Assembly (NCBI GenBank): GCA_046759385.1
Contig: JBHICC010000010.1
Span: forward strand, 1,117 to 65,116
Reading direction: 5' to 3'
From: Acidiferrobacterales bacterium
Lineage (GTDB): Bacteria > Pseudomonadota > Gammaproteobacteria > Acidiferrobacterales > SPGG2
DNA length: 64,000 nt
Position numbers and translations under genes: made by a program. Of this stretch, positions 12,063 to 23,612 are shown piece by piece (position 1 is the stretch's first letter; each line of letters opens with the position of its first letter). Under the pieces are notes generated by a model. That model was given only the letters and a program-made list of their open reading frames with translations. It searched no databases and was not told the origin of the DNA.

Positions 12063-12274
12063 GCGGTGATCGTAGCCGAAGAGATGTCCGTACTCAAAGG
12101 GCAATGAGTACAGGATGCGACCCAACCTATCGCACCCATGGTTTATACTTGAAAGAACCGCGAAAACGACGTTACGGCGACATCGAGCCGCAAACAGCAC
12201 ACGGCACGCGGTAACGTAATCCGCGGCAACAGACGCCCCGCAAAAACGCCTACGGCCGGAGACATGGCATTCAT

Positions 12275-13222
12275 ATGCTGGGAAACTTTTCGATTCGGCT
12301 CGAAAACCTTCTGAAGGCGACGTTGCTCTCGGTAGCGCTCGTCGCTGCCGCGGTCCACCCGGCTGCCGCACTCGCTGACAGTACGCCCGCTAGCGTCCCC
12401 AGCCGTAACCAGGCGTCCGTCAAGTTTTCCAAAGGCTTACTCTGGAAAATCGAAACTGCCGGCCGCGCGCCAAGCTACCTCTTCGGAACCATTCACTCGG
12501 CAGACCCACGTATCACTACCCTGCCCGACGTAGTTCGGTCAAGGTTCGATCGGGCCTCCAGCTTCACGATGGAGATGCTCATCAGCGGTACTGGAATTGC
12601 CACCATGGCTGAGGCCATGTTTTTCGAAGGCAGGCAGACTCTGCGGGCGGTTATCGGCGATGAATTATATAGCCAGGCGAAACAAGCGCTGGTGGACCAT
12701 GGTCTACCGACGCGCGACCTGAACAAGAAGAAACCCTGGGTAGTAATAATGTTATTAAGCATTCCTCAAGCAGAAGCCGGGCTCCCGTTAGATATGTTGC
12801 TACAGCTTGAGGCGACGGTGCAGGGAAAACCTACCTACGGACTCGAGTCTATGGCCGAACAAATCGCGGTTTTCGACGGGATGCCACTGGACGATCAGAT
12901 CGCGTTGCTTAGGGATACTATGCAGATGCGCGTAGAGGTCAGGCGCCAATTCGAGGAGCTGCTGCAGGCCTACCGCGATCGCGACCTACATGCCCTTATT
13001 GAGCTCGTTTACGGCTACAAAAGCGCAGCTACCGCGGAGGCTTATGAAAGCATGCTTGAGCGCCTGCTCACCCGGCGTAACCTGGTGATGGTCAAGCGAA
13101 TGGCACCTCGACTCAACGAGGGCAATGCTTTCATCGCCGTCGGTGCGGCTCATCTTCCCGGGGAAAGCGGCCTGCTAAATCTGCTAGAGCGGGCCGGTTA
13201 TCGCCTCTCCCCACTTTATTAG
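12275..13222 (+). CDS. TraB/GumN (Tiki-like) family exported protein
   Basis: Signal peptide; [39 protein letters not shown]. Confidence 0.9.
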   Translation: MLGNFSIRLENLLKATLLSVALVAAAVHPAAALADSTPASVPSRNQASVKFSKGLLWKIETAGRAPSYLFGTIHSADPRITTLPDVVRSRFDRASSFTMEMLISGTGIATMAEAMFFEGRQTLRAVIGDELYSQAKQALVDHGLPTRDLNKKKPWVVIMLLSIPQAEAGLPLDMLLQLEATVQGKPTYGLESMAEQIAVFDGMPLDDQIALLRDTMQMRVEVRRQFEELLQAYRDRDLHALIELVYGYKSAATAEAYESMLERLLTRRNLVMVKRMAPRLNEGNAFIAVGAAHLPGESGLLNLLERAGYRLSPLY

Positions 13223-13244
13223 TATCAGTCATACCTCAGCAGGC

Positions 13245-14384
13245 GTGCCCGCCTCGCACTTGTCCCGGGCGGCACACACGATTATCCTGCCTCGCGCTCG
13301 GAACGACCTCAGACGGTGGCCCGCGATTCCAGGCGATAAGAAAAAACCGAAGCTAGTGGGGAGCAGACACGGGCGTCGTGCTTGGACCTCATGGTCCAAT
13401 CGCAAGCTACTCGACACTCGCATCTGCGACCTAAAGTTGAGCATCGCAGACACCGAGCTCAACGACCGCATCGATCAGCTTTACCAGGAGCTGCGCGAGC
13501 GCGGTTTCTCTTTCAAGCCGCACTTTTGGCTATCAGACGACTGGTTTTGTCCCGATGGCGTCCCCGGTATCGCCATACCGTTTTTCCTCGCGCACCCTCG
13601 CCTAAAGGCAATCGAGCATGAAAAGATGCTCGAAGTCGAAGGGGGCACGCAACAGTGGTGTATGAAGCTCCTGCGCCACGAGACCGGCCACGCCATCACT
13701 AACGCCTATCATGTGCATCGCCGACAGGGCTGGCGGCAGCTGTTTGGAAGAGGCTCGCTTCGATATCCTGATACGTATTTGCCGCGCCCTTACAGCAAAC
13801 GGTTCGTCATTCATCTGGACAACTGGTACGCGCAGAGTCACCCACACGAAGACTGGGCAGAAACGTTTGCAGTATGGCTGACGCCCAACTCGGACTGGCG
13901 AACACGCTACTGCGGTTGGCCGGCCCTGAAAAAGCTCGAGTATGTTGATGCGCTGACGAAAGAAATAAGGTCGCAACACCCGAAGACCTCGACACGACGC
14001 CAAGAGTATCCGGTTAGTAAAATCAGCATAACATTGCGTGAGTACTACCAACAAAAGCAAGCGCGCTACGGTACCAACTCGCCGCAGTTCTATGATCGGG
14101 ACTTACGCCGACTGTTCTCCAATCGAGATGAACACAAGGGCAATGAGAGTGCATCACGCTACATCCGGCGCGCGCGAATGGACGTGATCAAAGTCGTTTC
14201 ACAGTGGACAGGAGAATACAATTATAGGATCAGCGAAGTATTAAAAGACATGAACCGGCGCTGCGATGAGCTAGGGCTGCGTGTGGTTCGGGATGACGAA
14301 GAAATGAAACTGCAGATCGTAACCTTTGTCACGGCAGTCGTGATGCGTAAGTTACATAGCGGAGGTTTTCACGTCACGCTATGA
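13245..14384 (+). CDS. Putative zinc-binding metallopeptidase (true start probably ~100 nt downstream)
   Basis: HExxH (LLRHETGHA) and YAQSHPHEDWAETFA; ATGA overlap with the next gene. Confidence 0.85.
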   Translation: MPASHLSRAAHTIILPRARNDLRRWPAIPGDKKKPKLVGSRHGRRAWTSWSNRKLLDTRICDLKLSIADTELNDRIDQLYQELRERGFSFKPHFWLSDDWFCPDGVPGIAIPFFLAHPRLKAIEHEKMLEVEGGTQQWCMKLLRHETGHAITNAYHVHRRQGWRQLFGRGSLRYPDTYLPRPYSKRFVIHLDNWYAQSHPHEDWAETFAVWLTPNSDWRTRYCGWPALKKLEYVDALTKEIRSQHPKTSTRRQEYPVSKISITLREYYQQKQARYGTNSPQFYDRDLRRLFSNRDEHKGNESASRYIRRARMDVIKVVSQWTGEYNYRISEVLKDMNRRCDELGLRVVRDDEEMKLQIVTFVTAVVMRKLHSGGFHVTL

Positions 14385-15403
14385 GAAAGCTGCGCGTCAT
14401 GATGCTGGTCCATCCCACGCTCGTACCACCCGACGATCTGGCGGACGAAGACGACCCGCGCATGGAGCAGTACCAGACTGAGTATGACGTTAAGGAAGCT
14501 CTCACTAGTCAAGACCATTCTGTCAAAGTTATCGGCGTCTACGACAATCTCGCTCCCGTTCGCGGCATGATCGAGGAATGGAAGCCACACATTGCATTTA
14601 ACCTGCTTGAGGATTTCGCCGGTCAAGGGGACTTGGATCACTATGTCGTGAGCTATCTGGAAATGATGAAGCTGCCCTATACGGGTTGCAATCCACGGGG
14701 ACTCTTGCTTGCGAGAGACAAGGCGCTATCAAAGAAACTGCTCACCTACCATCGCATCGCCGTTCCTAACTTCGCTGTGTTTCCGATCGGAAGGAAAATC
14801 CGTGTATCGCGACGTTTGCAGTACCCTATGATCGTAAAGTCCCTCACGGAGGAAGGATCGGTCGGAATTGCTCAGGCCTCATATGTCGAAAACGAAGACC
14901 AACTGCGGGAGCGAGTCGACCTAATTCACACAAAGACGAGCAGTGACGCCATTGCTGAGCAGTACATCCATGGGCGTGAGCTGTACGTGACGGTCGTGGG
15001 TAACGCCAAACTCGACGTGTATCCGATGCGGGAGCTTGTGTTTGACAACGTAGAGGCGGGCCTACCGCGCGTGGCTACATATAGAGTGAAGTGGGACTAC
15101 GAGTATCGCGAACGCTGGGGTATTGACTATCAGTTCGCAAGAAATCTCCCGGCCGGTCTAGCGGATCGTATCCACAAGCTTTGCAAACGCGCTTATCGCA
15201 TCCTGGAACTAAGCGGCTATGCACGTTTCGATTTGCGCTTAAGCTCGGAGGGTCGTGTTTACGTCTTGGAAGCCAATCCCAATCCCGCTATCGCCCACAA
15301 CGAAGACTCTGCTCTCGCTGCTGAAAAGGCAGGAATTGATTATTCACGATTCATACAACGCATTGTCAATCTGGGACTGACCGCAAAGCGGCCCGTCAGT
15401 TGA
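14381..15403 (+). CDS. ATP-grasp ligase, D-Ala-D-Ala ligase-like
   Basis: PYTG, DKALSKKLL, IVKSLTEEGSVGI, EQYIHGRE, GYARFDLR, LEANPNP; lacks the Ddl N-terminal GGxSxE motif. Confidence 0.88.
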   Translation: MRKLRVMMLVHPTLVPPDDLADEDDPRMEQYQTEYDVKEALTSQDHSVKVIGVYDNLAPVRGMIEEWKPHIAFNLLEDFAGQGDLDHYVVSYLEMMKLPYTGCNPRGLLLARDKALSKKLLTYHRIAVPNFAVFPIGRKIRVSRRLQYPMIVKSLTEEGSVGIAQASYVENEDQLRERVDLIHTKTSSDAIAEQYIHGRELYVTVVGNAKLDVYPMRELVFDNVEAGLPRVATYRVKWDYEYRERWGIDYQFARNLPAGLADRIHKLCKRAYRILELSGYARFDLRLSSEGRVYVLEANPNPAIAHNEDSALAAEKAGIDYSRFIQRIVNLGLTAKRPVS

Positions 15404-15526
15404 GCCGGTCCCACTACCGCGGCTATGCGATTCACGCAATTGAAGCGTATGCTGTGATGATATACAGCCGTTTGCGTGGCGATTCGGATAAACGACCTCG
15501 CCCTCGAGGCGAGAAGCAAGAGCGGC

Positions 15527-18500
15527 ATGAGCCCCGTCATTAGACACGAACGCATCGAGCAGCTTGAGGCATTGCTTAAGGAACGCATCCTTATACTGGA
15601 TGGCGCCATGGGCACGATGATTCAGAGCTATGGCTTGAGCGAGGAGGACTACCGCGGCGAGCGCTTCGCGAGCCACCCGTGCGCACTAAAAGGCAACAAC
15701 GATCTGCTGTCGTTGACAAGACCAGAGATCATGAAGGCGATCCACGGCGCTTTTCTGGAGGCAGGCGCAGACATCGTTGAGACCAATACTTTCAACTCCA
15801 CTCGCATCTCCCAAGCCGATTACCAGATGGAGAAGCTGGTCTACGAGCTCAACCGCGCGGGAGCGGAAAACGCGTGTGTGTCCGCCGCTAAGGTGGAGAC
15901 GCCCGAACGGCCGCGCTTTGTTGCCGGCATCCTGGGCCCGACGAATCGTACAGCCTCGATATCGCCCGATGTCAATAACCCCGGCTTTCGCAACACCACT
16001 TTTGACGAACTGGCGAGTGCCTATCGTGAGGCAGTCCACGGCTTGCTTGAAGGCGGTGTTGATTTCCTCATGGTAGAAACCGTGTTCGATACCTTGAACT
16101 GCAAAGCGGCGCTGTTCGCCATCGATGACTACTTTGAGAAACATGGCATACGAATTCCGGTTATGGTCTCGGGTACGATCACTGACGCCAGCGGGCGCAC
16201 GCTTAGCGGCCAAACGACGGAAGCCTTCTGGAACTCGGTGTCGCACGCGAACCCCCTCATTATGGGACTGAACTGTGCGCTCGGCGCCAAGGAGCTGCGT
16301 CCATACGTCAAGGAACTCTCTGGAGTCGCCGATACTTACGTAAGCGTGCACCCCAATGCCGGCTTGCCCAATGAGTTTGGCGGTTATGACGACACGCCGG
16401 AGTACATGGCCGAGGTACTGCGGGAGTTTGCGACCAGCGGATTTCTCAATGTCGCTGGCGGCTGTTGCGGGACCACACCGGCACATGTCAGGGCGATCGC
16501 CGAAGCCGTCGCGGCTGTGCCACCGCGAACGATACCCAAGCTCGAGCGCAAGTGTCGACTTTCAGGCCTAGAGCCGCTCAACATCGGTGCGGACACGACT
16601 TTCGTCAACATTGGCGAGCGTACTAATGTCACGGGTTCGGCGCGCTTTGCGAAACTGCTCAAGACCGAGGACTACGACGGCGCACTTGACGTTGCACGCA
16701 GCCAAGTCGAGAACGGCGCACAGATGATCGATGTAAACATGGACGAGGCGTTGCTCGACTCGGAACGAGTAATAGCGCATTTCTTGAACCTCATCGCGTC
16801 GGAGCCAGACATCAGCCGCGTGCCGATTATGATCGATTCGTCAAAATGGTCTGTGCTCGAGTCAGGGCTGAAATGCGTACAGGGAAAGCCCGTTGTTAAC
16901 TCGATTAGCCTCAAAGAAGGCGAGCAGAAGTTTATTTACGAGGCACGGCTCGCCCGGCGCTACGGAGCCGCGCTGGTCATCATGGCGTTTGACGAGAAGG
17001 GTCAAGCTGATACCGTTAAGCGCAAGGTTCAGATCTGTCGCCGCTCGTACAAGGTCTTGACCGAGAAAGTCGGATTCCCGCCGGAAGATATCATCTTCGA
17101 TCCAAATATTTTCGCAATTGCGACCGGGATCGAAGAACACAGCGATTATGCCGTCGCATACATCGAAGCAACGCGTCAAATCAAGTCGTCGTTGCCGCAC
17201 GTCAAGGTAAGCGGTGGTGTCAGTAATGTTTCATTCTCGTTTCGCGGAAACAATCCAGTCCGCGAAGCCATCCATTCCGTTTTTCTATACCATGCTCTTC
17301 AGGCAGGCATGGACATGGGGATCGTGAATGCCGGCCAGTTGACTGTTTACGATGAGATTCCAGAAGAACTACGTCAAAACGTGGAAGATATCGTGCTCAA
17401 CAAGCGTGAGGATGCGACTGAGCGTCTGCTCGCGCTTGCCGACACCGTCAAACAGGGGCAATCAGGGGCACATAAGGGAGAGGATCGTGCTTGGCGCAAC
17501 GCCCCGGTCAACGAGCGCCTGAGCCATGCATTGGTCAAAGGTATTGCCGACTATATCGACGAGGACACGGAAGAGGCGCGCCAACAGTGCGACCGTCCTT
17601 TGCAAGTCATCGAGGGACCGCTAATGGACGGGATGAACGTGGTCGGCGATCTCTTCGGTGCGGGGAAGATGTTCTTACCGCAAGTCGTGAAGAGCGCGCG
17701 CGTAATGAAAAAAGCGGTGGCATATCTGCTGCCGTTTCTTGAGGCGGAGAAACACGGGAGCGTTCGCTCACAGGGCAAAGTGGTGTTGGCTACCGTCAAA
17801 GGCGACGTACACGACATCGGTAAGAACATTGTCGGTGTGGTACTCCAGTGCAACAACTTCGAGACCATAAACCTCGGGGTCATGGTTCCGGCAGAGAAGA
17901 TTCTCGACACGGCGCGCGAACAAAACGCAGATATCATCGGACTGTCCGGCCTAATTACGCCTTCACTTGACGAGATGGTCAATGTCGCGAAAGAGATGGA
18001 ACGCCAAGGGTATGCCTTGCCTCTGCTCATCGGTGGCGCCACGACCTCGCGTGTGCACACGGCGGTTAAGATTGCTCCGAGCTACAGCCACGCGACGATA
18101 TGGGTCAAGGATGCTTCGCGTGCGGTAGGCGTGGCAACTAGCCTTATGAGCGATGATCTAAAGGCCGATTTCGCCGCACGCACCAAGACCGAATATGAGG
18201 AAGTGCGCGAGCGCCACAAAGGCAAGACCGCTCGAATGCGTCTCCTCGCGCTCGCCGAAGCGCGCGCTAATAGGACCGAGATAACCTGGGATCAGTACGC
18301 TCCACCCGTACCCGCACTGTGCGGGGTTAGAACGTTTGCCAACTATGATTTGCACGAGGTTCGAGGCTATATCGACTGGACCCCGTTCTTCCAAGCGTGG
18401 GAAATGTCCGGAAGGTATCCGGCCATTCTAGACGATCCGGTGGTCGGCCAAGAGGCACGGCGATTATTCGATGACGCCCAACTTATGTTGGACCGTATCA

Positions 18501-19264
18501 TTAAACAGCGGCTGCTGGGCGCTAAAGCCGTCGTCGGCCTGTTTCCAGCTAACACAGTTGATGATGATGTCGAGGTCTATGCCGACGACAACCGCGTCAA
18601 GGTTCTTACCGTACTGCACACACTACGCCAACAGAACGAAAAACCGCCGGGGCGCCCTAACCAGGCGCTTGCCGACTTTGTCGCACCTAGAGAAACGGGT
18701 ATCCCCGATTACATTGGTGCGTTTGCTGTCACCGCGGGACTTGGCATCGACACGATTGTCAAGCGCTTCGAGCAGGAACACGACGACTATCACGCGATTA
18801 TGACCAAAGCGCTCGCCGACCGATTGGCGGAGGCGCTGGCTGAGCTGATGCACAAGCGCGTGCGCACTGAGTTTTGGGGTTATGGCAAAGGCGAGAACTT
18901 TGACAGCGAAGCATTGATTAAGGAGCAATATCAGGGCATCCGCCCGGCGCCCGGATACCCCGCCTGTCCAGACCACACGGAGAAACGCATGCTGTTCGAG
19001 CTCATTCGGGCAGAAACGAACGCGTCGGTGCGGCTGACGGAGAACTTCGCCATGCTGCCGGCCGCTGCCGTAAGCGGGCTGTACTTCTCCCATCCGGCTT
19101 CGAAGTACTTCGCTGTCGGTAAGATCGGTCGCGATCAGGTGGCCGATTATGCGAGACGCAAGGGTATGACCATCGCGGCGATCGAAAAATGGCTCGCGCC
19201 GAATCTCGCCTACGACCCTGACGCGGCAGGGTCGCCCGCAGAAACCGGTGAAGACGGACGTTGA
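15527..19264 (+). CDS. metH: Cobalamin-dependent methionine synthase
   Basis: [35 protein letters not shown] (B12-binding), [12 protein letters not shown]. Confidence 0.99.
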   Translation: MSPVIRHERIEQLEALLKERILILDGAMGTMIQSYGLSEEDYRGERFASHPCALKGNNDLLSLTRPEIMKAIHGAFLEAGADIVETNTFNSTRISQADYQMEKLVYELNRAGAENACVSAAKVETPERPRFVAGILGPTNRTASISPDVNNPGFRNTTFDELASAYREAVHGLLEGGVDFLMVETVFDTLNCKAALFAIDDYFEKHGIRIPVMVSGTITDASGRTLSGQTTEAFWNSVSHANPLIMGLNCALGAKELRPYVKELSGVADTYVSVHPNAGLPNEFGGYDDTPEYMAEVLREFATSGFLNVAGGCCGTTPAHVRAIAEAVAAVPPRTIPKLERKCRLSGLEPLNIGADTTFVNIGERTNVTGSARFAKLLKTEDYDGALDVARSQVENGAQMIDVNMDEALLDSERVIAHFLNLIASEPDISRVPIMIDSSKWSVLESGLKCVQGKPVVNSISLKEGEQKFIYEARLARRYGAALVIMAFDEKGQADTVKRKVQICRRSYKVLTEKVGFPPEDIIFDPNIFAIATGIEEHSDYAVAYIEATRQIKSSLPHVKVSGGVSNVSFSFRGNNPVREAIHSVFLYHALQAGMDMGIVNAGQLTVYDEIPEELRQNVEDIVLNKREDATERLLALADTVKQGQSGAHKGEDRAWRNAPVNERLSHALVKGIADYIDEDTEEARQQCDRPLQVIEGPLMDGMNVVGDLFGAGKMFLPQVVKSARVMKKAVAYLLPFLEAEKHGSVRSQGKVVLATVKGDVHDIGKNIVGVVLQCNNFETINLGVMVPAEKILDTAREQNADIIGLSGLITPSLDEMVNVAKEMERQGYALPLLIGGATTSRVHTAVKIAPSYSHATIWVKDASRAVGVATSLMSDDLKADFAARTKTEYEEVRERHKGKTARMRLLALAEARANRTEITWDQYAPPVPALCGVRTFANYDLHEVRGYIDWTPFFQAWEMSGRYPAILDDPVVGQEARRLFDDAQLMLDRIIKQRLLGAKAVVGLFPANTVDDDVEVYADDNRVKVLTVLHTLRQQNEKPPGRPNQALADFVAPRETGIPDYIGAFAVTAGLGIDTIVKRFEQEHDDYHAIMTKALADRLAEALAELMHKRVRTEFWGYGKGENFDSEALIKEQYQGIRPAPGYPACPDHTEKRMLFELIRAETNASVRLTENFAMLPAAAVSGLYFSHPASKYFAVGKIGRDQVADYARRKGMTIAAIEKWLAPNLAYDPDAAGSPAETGEDGR

Positions 19265-19382
19265 TTGCCTCGAGCCAACGGAGCGCACCCAGCGCGCCGG
19301 AAACGCCGGGGACTAATCTTGCGTGAGCGATGCTCACTTGGTGCATGGACGCCCAAGCGCAGCGGAAGTATGCTAACTGATC

Positions 19383-20399
19383 ATGCTAGTCCCACATTCC
19401 ATCTCTGCGCCAAACCCGCGTTTCCTAGCTGAAGATTTTGAACCGGCTTATCTGCGGCTGTACCGCAACGGTGAGCTGTTCGCTCGGGTGGAGCAGGCAC
19501 TCAAGGAGCTAGAAGATTGTTGCGCGTGCCCGCGAGACTGCCACGTGAACCGGCTCAAGGACGAGAAACGGGTTTGCCATACCGGGCGTCATGCGATCGT
19601 GTCTAGTGCTTTTCCTCATTTCGGTGAAGAGGATTGCCTGCGGGGCTGGCGCGGCTCGGGCACGATCTTTTTCGGGTTGTGCAATCTGCGCTGCGTGTTC
19701 TGCCAAAACTGGGACATCAGTCAGCAGCAAACAGGCAAGGAATGTACCGCCGAAGAAATCGCGACCTTGATGCTGGCACTTCAGGAGAATGGCTGTCACA
19801 ACATCAACTTTGTTACGCCTGAACACGTCGCACCGCAGGTGATCGAGGCAATCGCCGCGGCCGTACTGCTGGGATTACGCGTACCGATTGTGTACAACAC
19901 CAGCGCCTATGACGCGGTTCGGTCGTTGCGTCTGTTAGATGGTCTAATCGACATCTATATGCCAGATTTCAAATTCTGGCACAAGGAAAGCGCGCGTCGC
20001 TTGGCAAAGGCTAAAGACTACCCTCAGCGTGCCCGTGAGGCGATTCAAGAAATGCACCGACAGGTCGGTGACTTGCAATTTGGCAAGGATGGGCTTGCAA
20101 GACGCGGGTTGCTGGTGCGCCATCTGGTGATGCCGGGTCAATACGATGAGGCCGCCGCAATCTTCGAGTGGCTAGCCAGTGCGTTGTCGCCCGACACATA
20201 CGTGAACGTCATGGACCAGTATCGCCCTGACTATCAGGTGTCCAAAGGCGCAAACAATGGACAGCCAAAGTACGCGGACATTAACCGTAAGCCGCGCTCG
20301 GCCGAACTCGAGGGTACCTACGAGAGCGCACGCCGGGCAGGCTTATGGCGCTTTGATGAACGGCAATCGTCACTACGCATGTTCTTGCGCGAGCACTGA
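19383..20399 (+). CDS. Radical SAM protein (PflX-like)
   Basis: CNLRCVFCQN, N-terminal CACPRDC, HFGEE, HNINFVTP, RHLVMPG. Confidence 0.9.
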   Translation: MLVPHSISAPNPRFLAEDFEPAYLRLYRNGELFARVEQALKELEDCCACPRDCHVNRLKDEKRVCHTGRHAIVSSAFPHFGEEDCLRGWRGSGTIFFGLCNLRCVFCQNWDISQQQTGKECTAEEIATLMLALQENGCHNINFVTPEHVAPQVIEAIAAAVLLGLRVPIVYNTSAYDAVRSLRLLDGLIDIYMPDFKFWHKESARRLAKAKDYPQRAREAIQEMHRQVGDLQFGKDGLARRGLLVRHLVMPGQYDEAAAIFEWLASALSPDTYVNVMDQYRPDYQVSKGANNGQPKYADINRKPRSAELEGTYESARRAGLWRFDERQSSLRMFLREH

Positions 20400-20505
20400 C
20401 GCGCCAGCGTCCCGGCTGCGAGACGAAATGTGTTACGCTCCCTCAACAATACGGCGCTACTCGGCAAGGGTTCGCGCTTAGAACATCAGACATGGAGGAT
20501 CCGGC

Positions 20506-21135
20506 ATGAAGTTGACGAGCTCGAATTTCGAAGATAATCAACCCATACCCAGCGCGCATGCATTCTGTGCCCCGGATCCCGCGAGTCACGTTACGTTATC
20601 GAATAACCGAAACCCTGCCTTTTCTTGGAGCGACACTCCCGCAGGTACTCAATCTTTTGTGCTGATCTGCCACGACTATGACGTGCCCAGCAAGCCTGAT
20701 GACGTCAACCAAGAAGGACGCGTGATCCCCGCTGACTTGCCGCGTGTCGATTTCTATCATTGGGTACTTGTCGACATCCCTGCGAACATCACGGCCATAA
20801 GCGAAGGCGAATACTCAGACGGTGTCACGCCTCGTGGTAAGGACGGCCCCGATGCATCCGGTGGTACACACCAAGGAATCAACGATTACACCAATTGGTT
20901 CTCCGGCGATGCCGATATGGAAGGTAATTACTTCGGATACGATGGGCCGTGCCCTCCGTGGAACGATACGATCGTGCATCATTACGTGTTCACACTCTAT
21001 GCGCTCGACGTCGAGCGATGCCCGCTCGAAGGTACGTTCACCGGTAGCGAAGTACGTAAAGCCGTCGAAGGCCATGTGCTTGCTGAAGCGAGCATTACCG
21101 GTACTTACAGTCTCAATCCGGATGTGAAGGCGTGA
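20506..21135 (+). CDS. YbhB/YbcL (PEBP/Raf kinase inhibitor-like) protein
   Basis: FYHWVLVDIP, GYDGPCPPWND, HHYVFTLYALD; GGAGG RBS. Confidence 0.93.
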   Translation: MKLTSSNFEDNQPIPSAHAFCAPDPASHVTLSNNRNPAFSWSDTPAGTQSFVLICHDYDVPSKPDDVNQEGRVIPADLPRVDFYHWVLVDIPANITAISEGEYSDGVTPRGKDGPDASGGTHQGINDYTNWFSGDADMEGNYFGYDGPCPPWNDTIVHHYVFTLYALDVERCPLEGTFTGSEVRKAVEGHVLAEASITGTYSLNPDVKA

Positions 21136-21296
21136 AAATTTCGTGCTGTAAGATCTAGCGCTAGCGCTTCTCGCAAAAACATTTCAGCTACGCGACGTAT
21201 TCTTCTATCTCGCGGTCATGTTTGACAAGTGCAGGAAGGCACTCAATCATCTAGCGAGGCGCCACCTCACTGCTTCTTGATCGGCAAGGGGGAGAA

Positions 21297-21836
21297 TCAG
21301 AGGCGCTGCGGGCTAGTGCGAACCGCCTTGCTCAGAATCTGCCAGCACTTTCCCTCGAACTGCTTGGCCGTGTCCCGACCGAAAGCCCGTCTTGCTAACT
21401 GCGCGCATTCACTGATGGCGGCCTCAAGCCCCCGCCAATCACCAGGGGCATCCCTGAAGTGTCCTACAACATTCTCGGCGTTGGGGCCAAATGTGAGAAT
21501 GGCGGTATTAATCAAGCGAGCGCGGATGGGCGTGAACCGAGTATCCGCGCCGTCGCGACGCCTTTCGACGCCGTCGTACTCGTGGGTCCTGTCGCCTTCC
21601 ACGCGCCTGTCCCAGGCGCGCGAGTTCGTGCGGATAAAACCCTGAATTGCGAGGTTCTCGAGCGAGCTCTCGAGCTCGGTGAGCCCTATGGCCTTATTGT
21701 GTATCTGAGATATCGTGGACCTGCCGTCCACCAAGATGAGGACTATGCGTAGTCTGCGAGGGAGGTGGTACGCGCGGGATTCTATCTCATTATTGCCTTT
21801 GTCGGTGCGGGCGAAAACGAGTTGAGTGTTCATCAT
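21297..21836 (-). CDS. Hypothetical protein with wHTH-like N-terminus
   Basis: VFARTDKGNNEI...LRIVLILVDGRST...LAIQGFI resembles a conserved proteobacterial hypothetical family; GAGG RBS. Confidence 0.75.
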   Translation of the reverse strand: MMNTQLVFARTDKGNNEIESRAYHLPRRLRIVLILVDGRSTISQIHNKAIGLTELESSLENLAIQGFIRTNSRAWDRRVEGDRTHEYDGVERRRDGADTRFTPIRARLINTAILTFGPNAENVVGHFRDAPGDWRGLEAAISECAQLARRAFGRDTAKQFEGKCWQILSKAVRTSPQRL

Positions 21837-22141
21837 TTAAAACCTCATGAAGACTTCGTAATGATCACCCTTTTGTATTATGTACTTTAGCTATTACCAG
21901 CCTCCGCCAAAGCGAGACTTCAGCAAATAAACACGAACGCGAAACCGGGTATCTGATCTTGAAAGAGCTGCTCGGATCAAATCAAGAAGGAAAGGGCTAA
22001 GACCCGGCTTGCAACCCTTTTTGTGTTCACGGCAGGAGTAGACTGTATGACGCACGCACAAGAACCCGCTAATGTGCAGGTAGCAACAAAGAAGCCACGC
22101 AAGCCACTCGACTCTAGGCGCTTATGTGACCCCGTGGGCAA

Positions 22142-23563
22142 TTACTGGGCTACAAACGCGCCATTTACGTATGTTGTCGAAGTCCCGATCTCTTCAAAAT
22201 CGAAGACACCACCCATGGATTGGGCATTGGGACCTGAGAAGCCGCCTATTATGTCGCCTGTCGCTTGACGCGCTGGATTTCCGTTAATCAAGCTCGCGGC
22301 CGGATTCAAGTTAGCATTGAAGCGAGCACCGGATACATTACCGGTAAAACTGGTGCCCCAAGTATTACCCGCATCGACAACTGTCATGCTTCCGTTCAAG
22401 GTGGCGGTGCCGAAGTTAACTGTTGCGCTGAAGGCTGGCACCGTTGCGGCGCCGGGACCGCCCAGATTACCCGTACCGCCACTGCTCACCACCGTGAAAT
22501 AGCTCGCCGTGCCGGTGGGTAACGTCGTCGATGGCAACATCGTCATCCAGAAGACTTCGCGATCGACCGGTACTGGTGTCGGATCAATCGCACGCTGTGT
22601 CGTGGCTGGACTTACAGTGCCATCCCATACACCCCAACTGATGCCTGCAATTGTGTTGTCGGGGTTAGGAGTAAAGAAGCCCGAAAGGGGTGCGCCAGCC
22701 TTGCGGAGCACCACATCTGCGGACACATCAAATAAGATCGGGCTCCCGCCACCACCGTCACTAGCAATCCCACTTAGGGTCGTTTGCGAGTTTACACCGC
22801 CGAACGTGGCAAAACCGTCACGGTCGAGACTTGCCAGCTCCGCGGGAGTGAGCCGCCCGTCAGCGCCATCTTGGAGCAGGCCGGTCACGAGGCGCGTCTC
22901 GGTCGGATCGATCATCGCTTCTTGTAACTGGGGATCGACGCTTTGTTGAAGCTGCGGTGGTGGTTGTACGAGACCGGCGGGCGCACGTGTGAAGCTGGTC
23001 ACACGCGCATAGTTGTAGTCTTGCCCGAAACCAAGAACGAGCTCGTCAGCTTCGTTTTCGACGGAGATGGTGCCTTGCCACGCGGCGACGTAGAGTCCAC
23101 GATCGAGGACCGTTTCGTAGGTGGTACCGCGCACGCCGACGATGGCGTAGGACGTTTTGACCCTATACGCCTCCGGCCGTAGTCTGGTGATCAGGCCAGT
23201 GAGTGTTCGAAATCCACCCTTGACAAGAGTAAACAAGCTCTTGTTTCGGCCTGCATCCTTCTCGTTGAACTCATACTCATCGACGCTAAACTCGGTATCC
23301 GGCCGCAACGTCATAATCGCGCCGTCCGTGAAGCGTACTTGCGCTTTCGTCCGCGGGCCAGTCCAAAGTCGGTCACCCTCGTAGAACTCAGAGTTCCGCG
23401 ACAAAGAACGCGCCGAGCCATCGGCCTGGAGCGCAACGAACGGACCGTTCGTCATCACAACCTGGCCCGCTGGCGCTATCGCCGCGTGAAGCGGTAGGCT
23501 CCACATCAAGGCAAGGAATACTAGAGAGGCGGGGAAAGTCGGTCTGTGAACGCGGCTGACCAT
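22142..23563 (-). CDS. Exported FecR-domain protein with C-terminal TbpB-like beta-barrel
   Basis: Signal peptide; FecR-type TGPRTKAQVRFTDG and AIVGVRGT; C-terminus GGFSGPNAQSMGGVF...VNGAFVAQ. Confidence 0.8.
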   Translation of the reverse strand: MVSRVHRPTFPASLVFLALMWSLPLHAAIAPAGQVVMTNGPFVALQADGSARSLSRNSEFYEGDRLWTGPRTKAQVRFTDGAIMTLRPDTEFSVDEYEFNEKDAGRNKSLFTLVKGGFRTLTGLITRLRPEAYRVKTSYAIVGVRGTTYETVLDRGLYVAAWQGTISVENEADELVLGFGQDYNYARVTSFTRAPAGLVQPPPQLQQSVDPQLQEAMIDPTETRLVTGLLQDGADGRLTPAELASLDRDGFATFGGVNSQTTLSGIASDGGGGSPILFDVSADVVLRKAGAPLSGFFTPNPDNTIAGISWGVWDGTVSPATTQRAIDPTPVPVDREVFWMTMLPSTTLPTGTASYFTVVSSGGTGNLGGPGAATVPAFSATVNFGTATLNGSMTVVDAGNTWGTSFTGNVSGARFNANLNPAASLINGNPARQATGDIIGGFSGPNAQSMGGVFDFEEIGTSTTYVNGAFVAQ

Positions 23564-23612
23564 GCTACTACCCTCCGTAGAACCTGCTTCGCCGCTCCCG
23601 CTTAACGGAAGT

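Noticed and set aside
12063-12371. Long N-terminal extension of the aroC ORF (476 aa in track)
   Set aside because: Canonical MSGNTFG start at 12062; the extension overlaps the divergent TraB/GumN gene and has no domain character.
14381-15403. Housekeeping ddl or van-type ligase
   Set aside because: Lacks the Ddl N-terminal signature and any mur/fts or van context.
21945-22025. Foldable intergenic segment (CCGGGT/ACCCGG, TCTTGA/TCAAGA, AAAGGG/CCCTTT)
   Set aside because: Short stems that match no riboswitch or sRNA I recognise.
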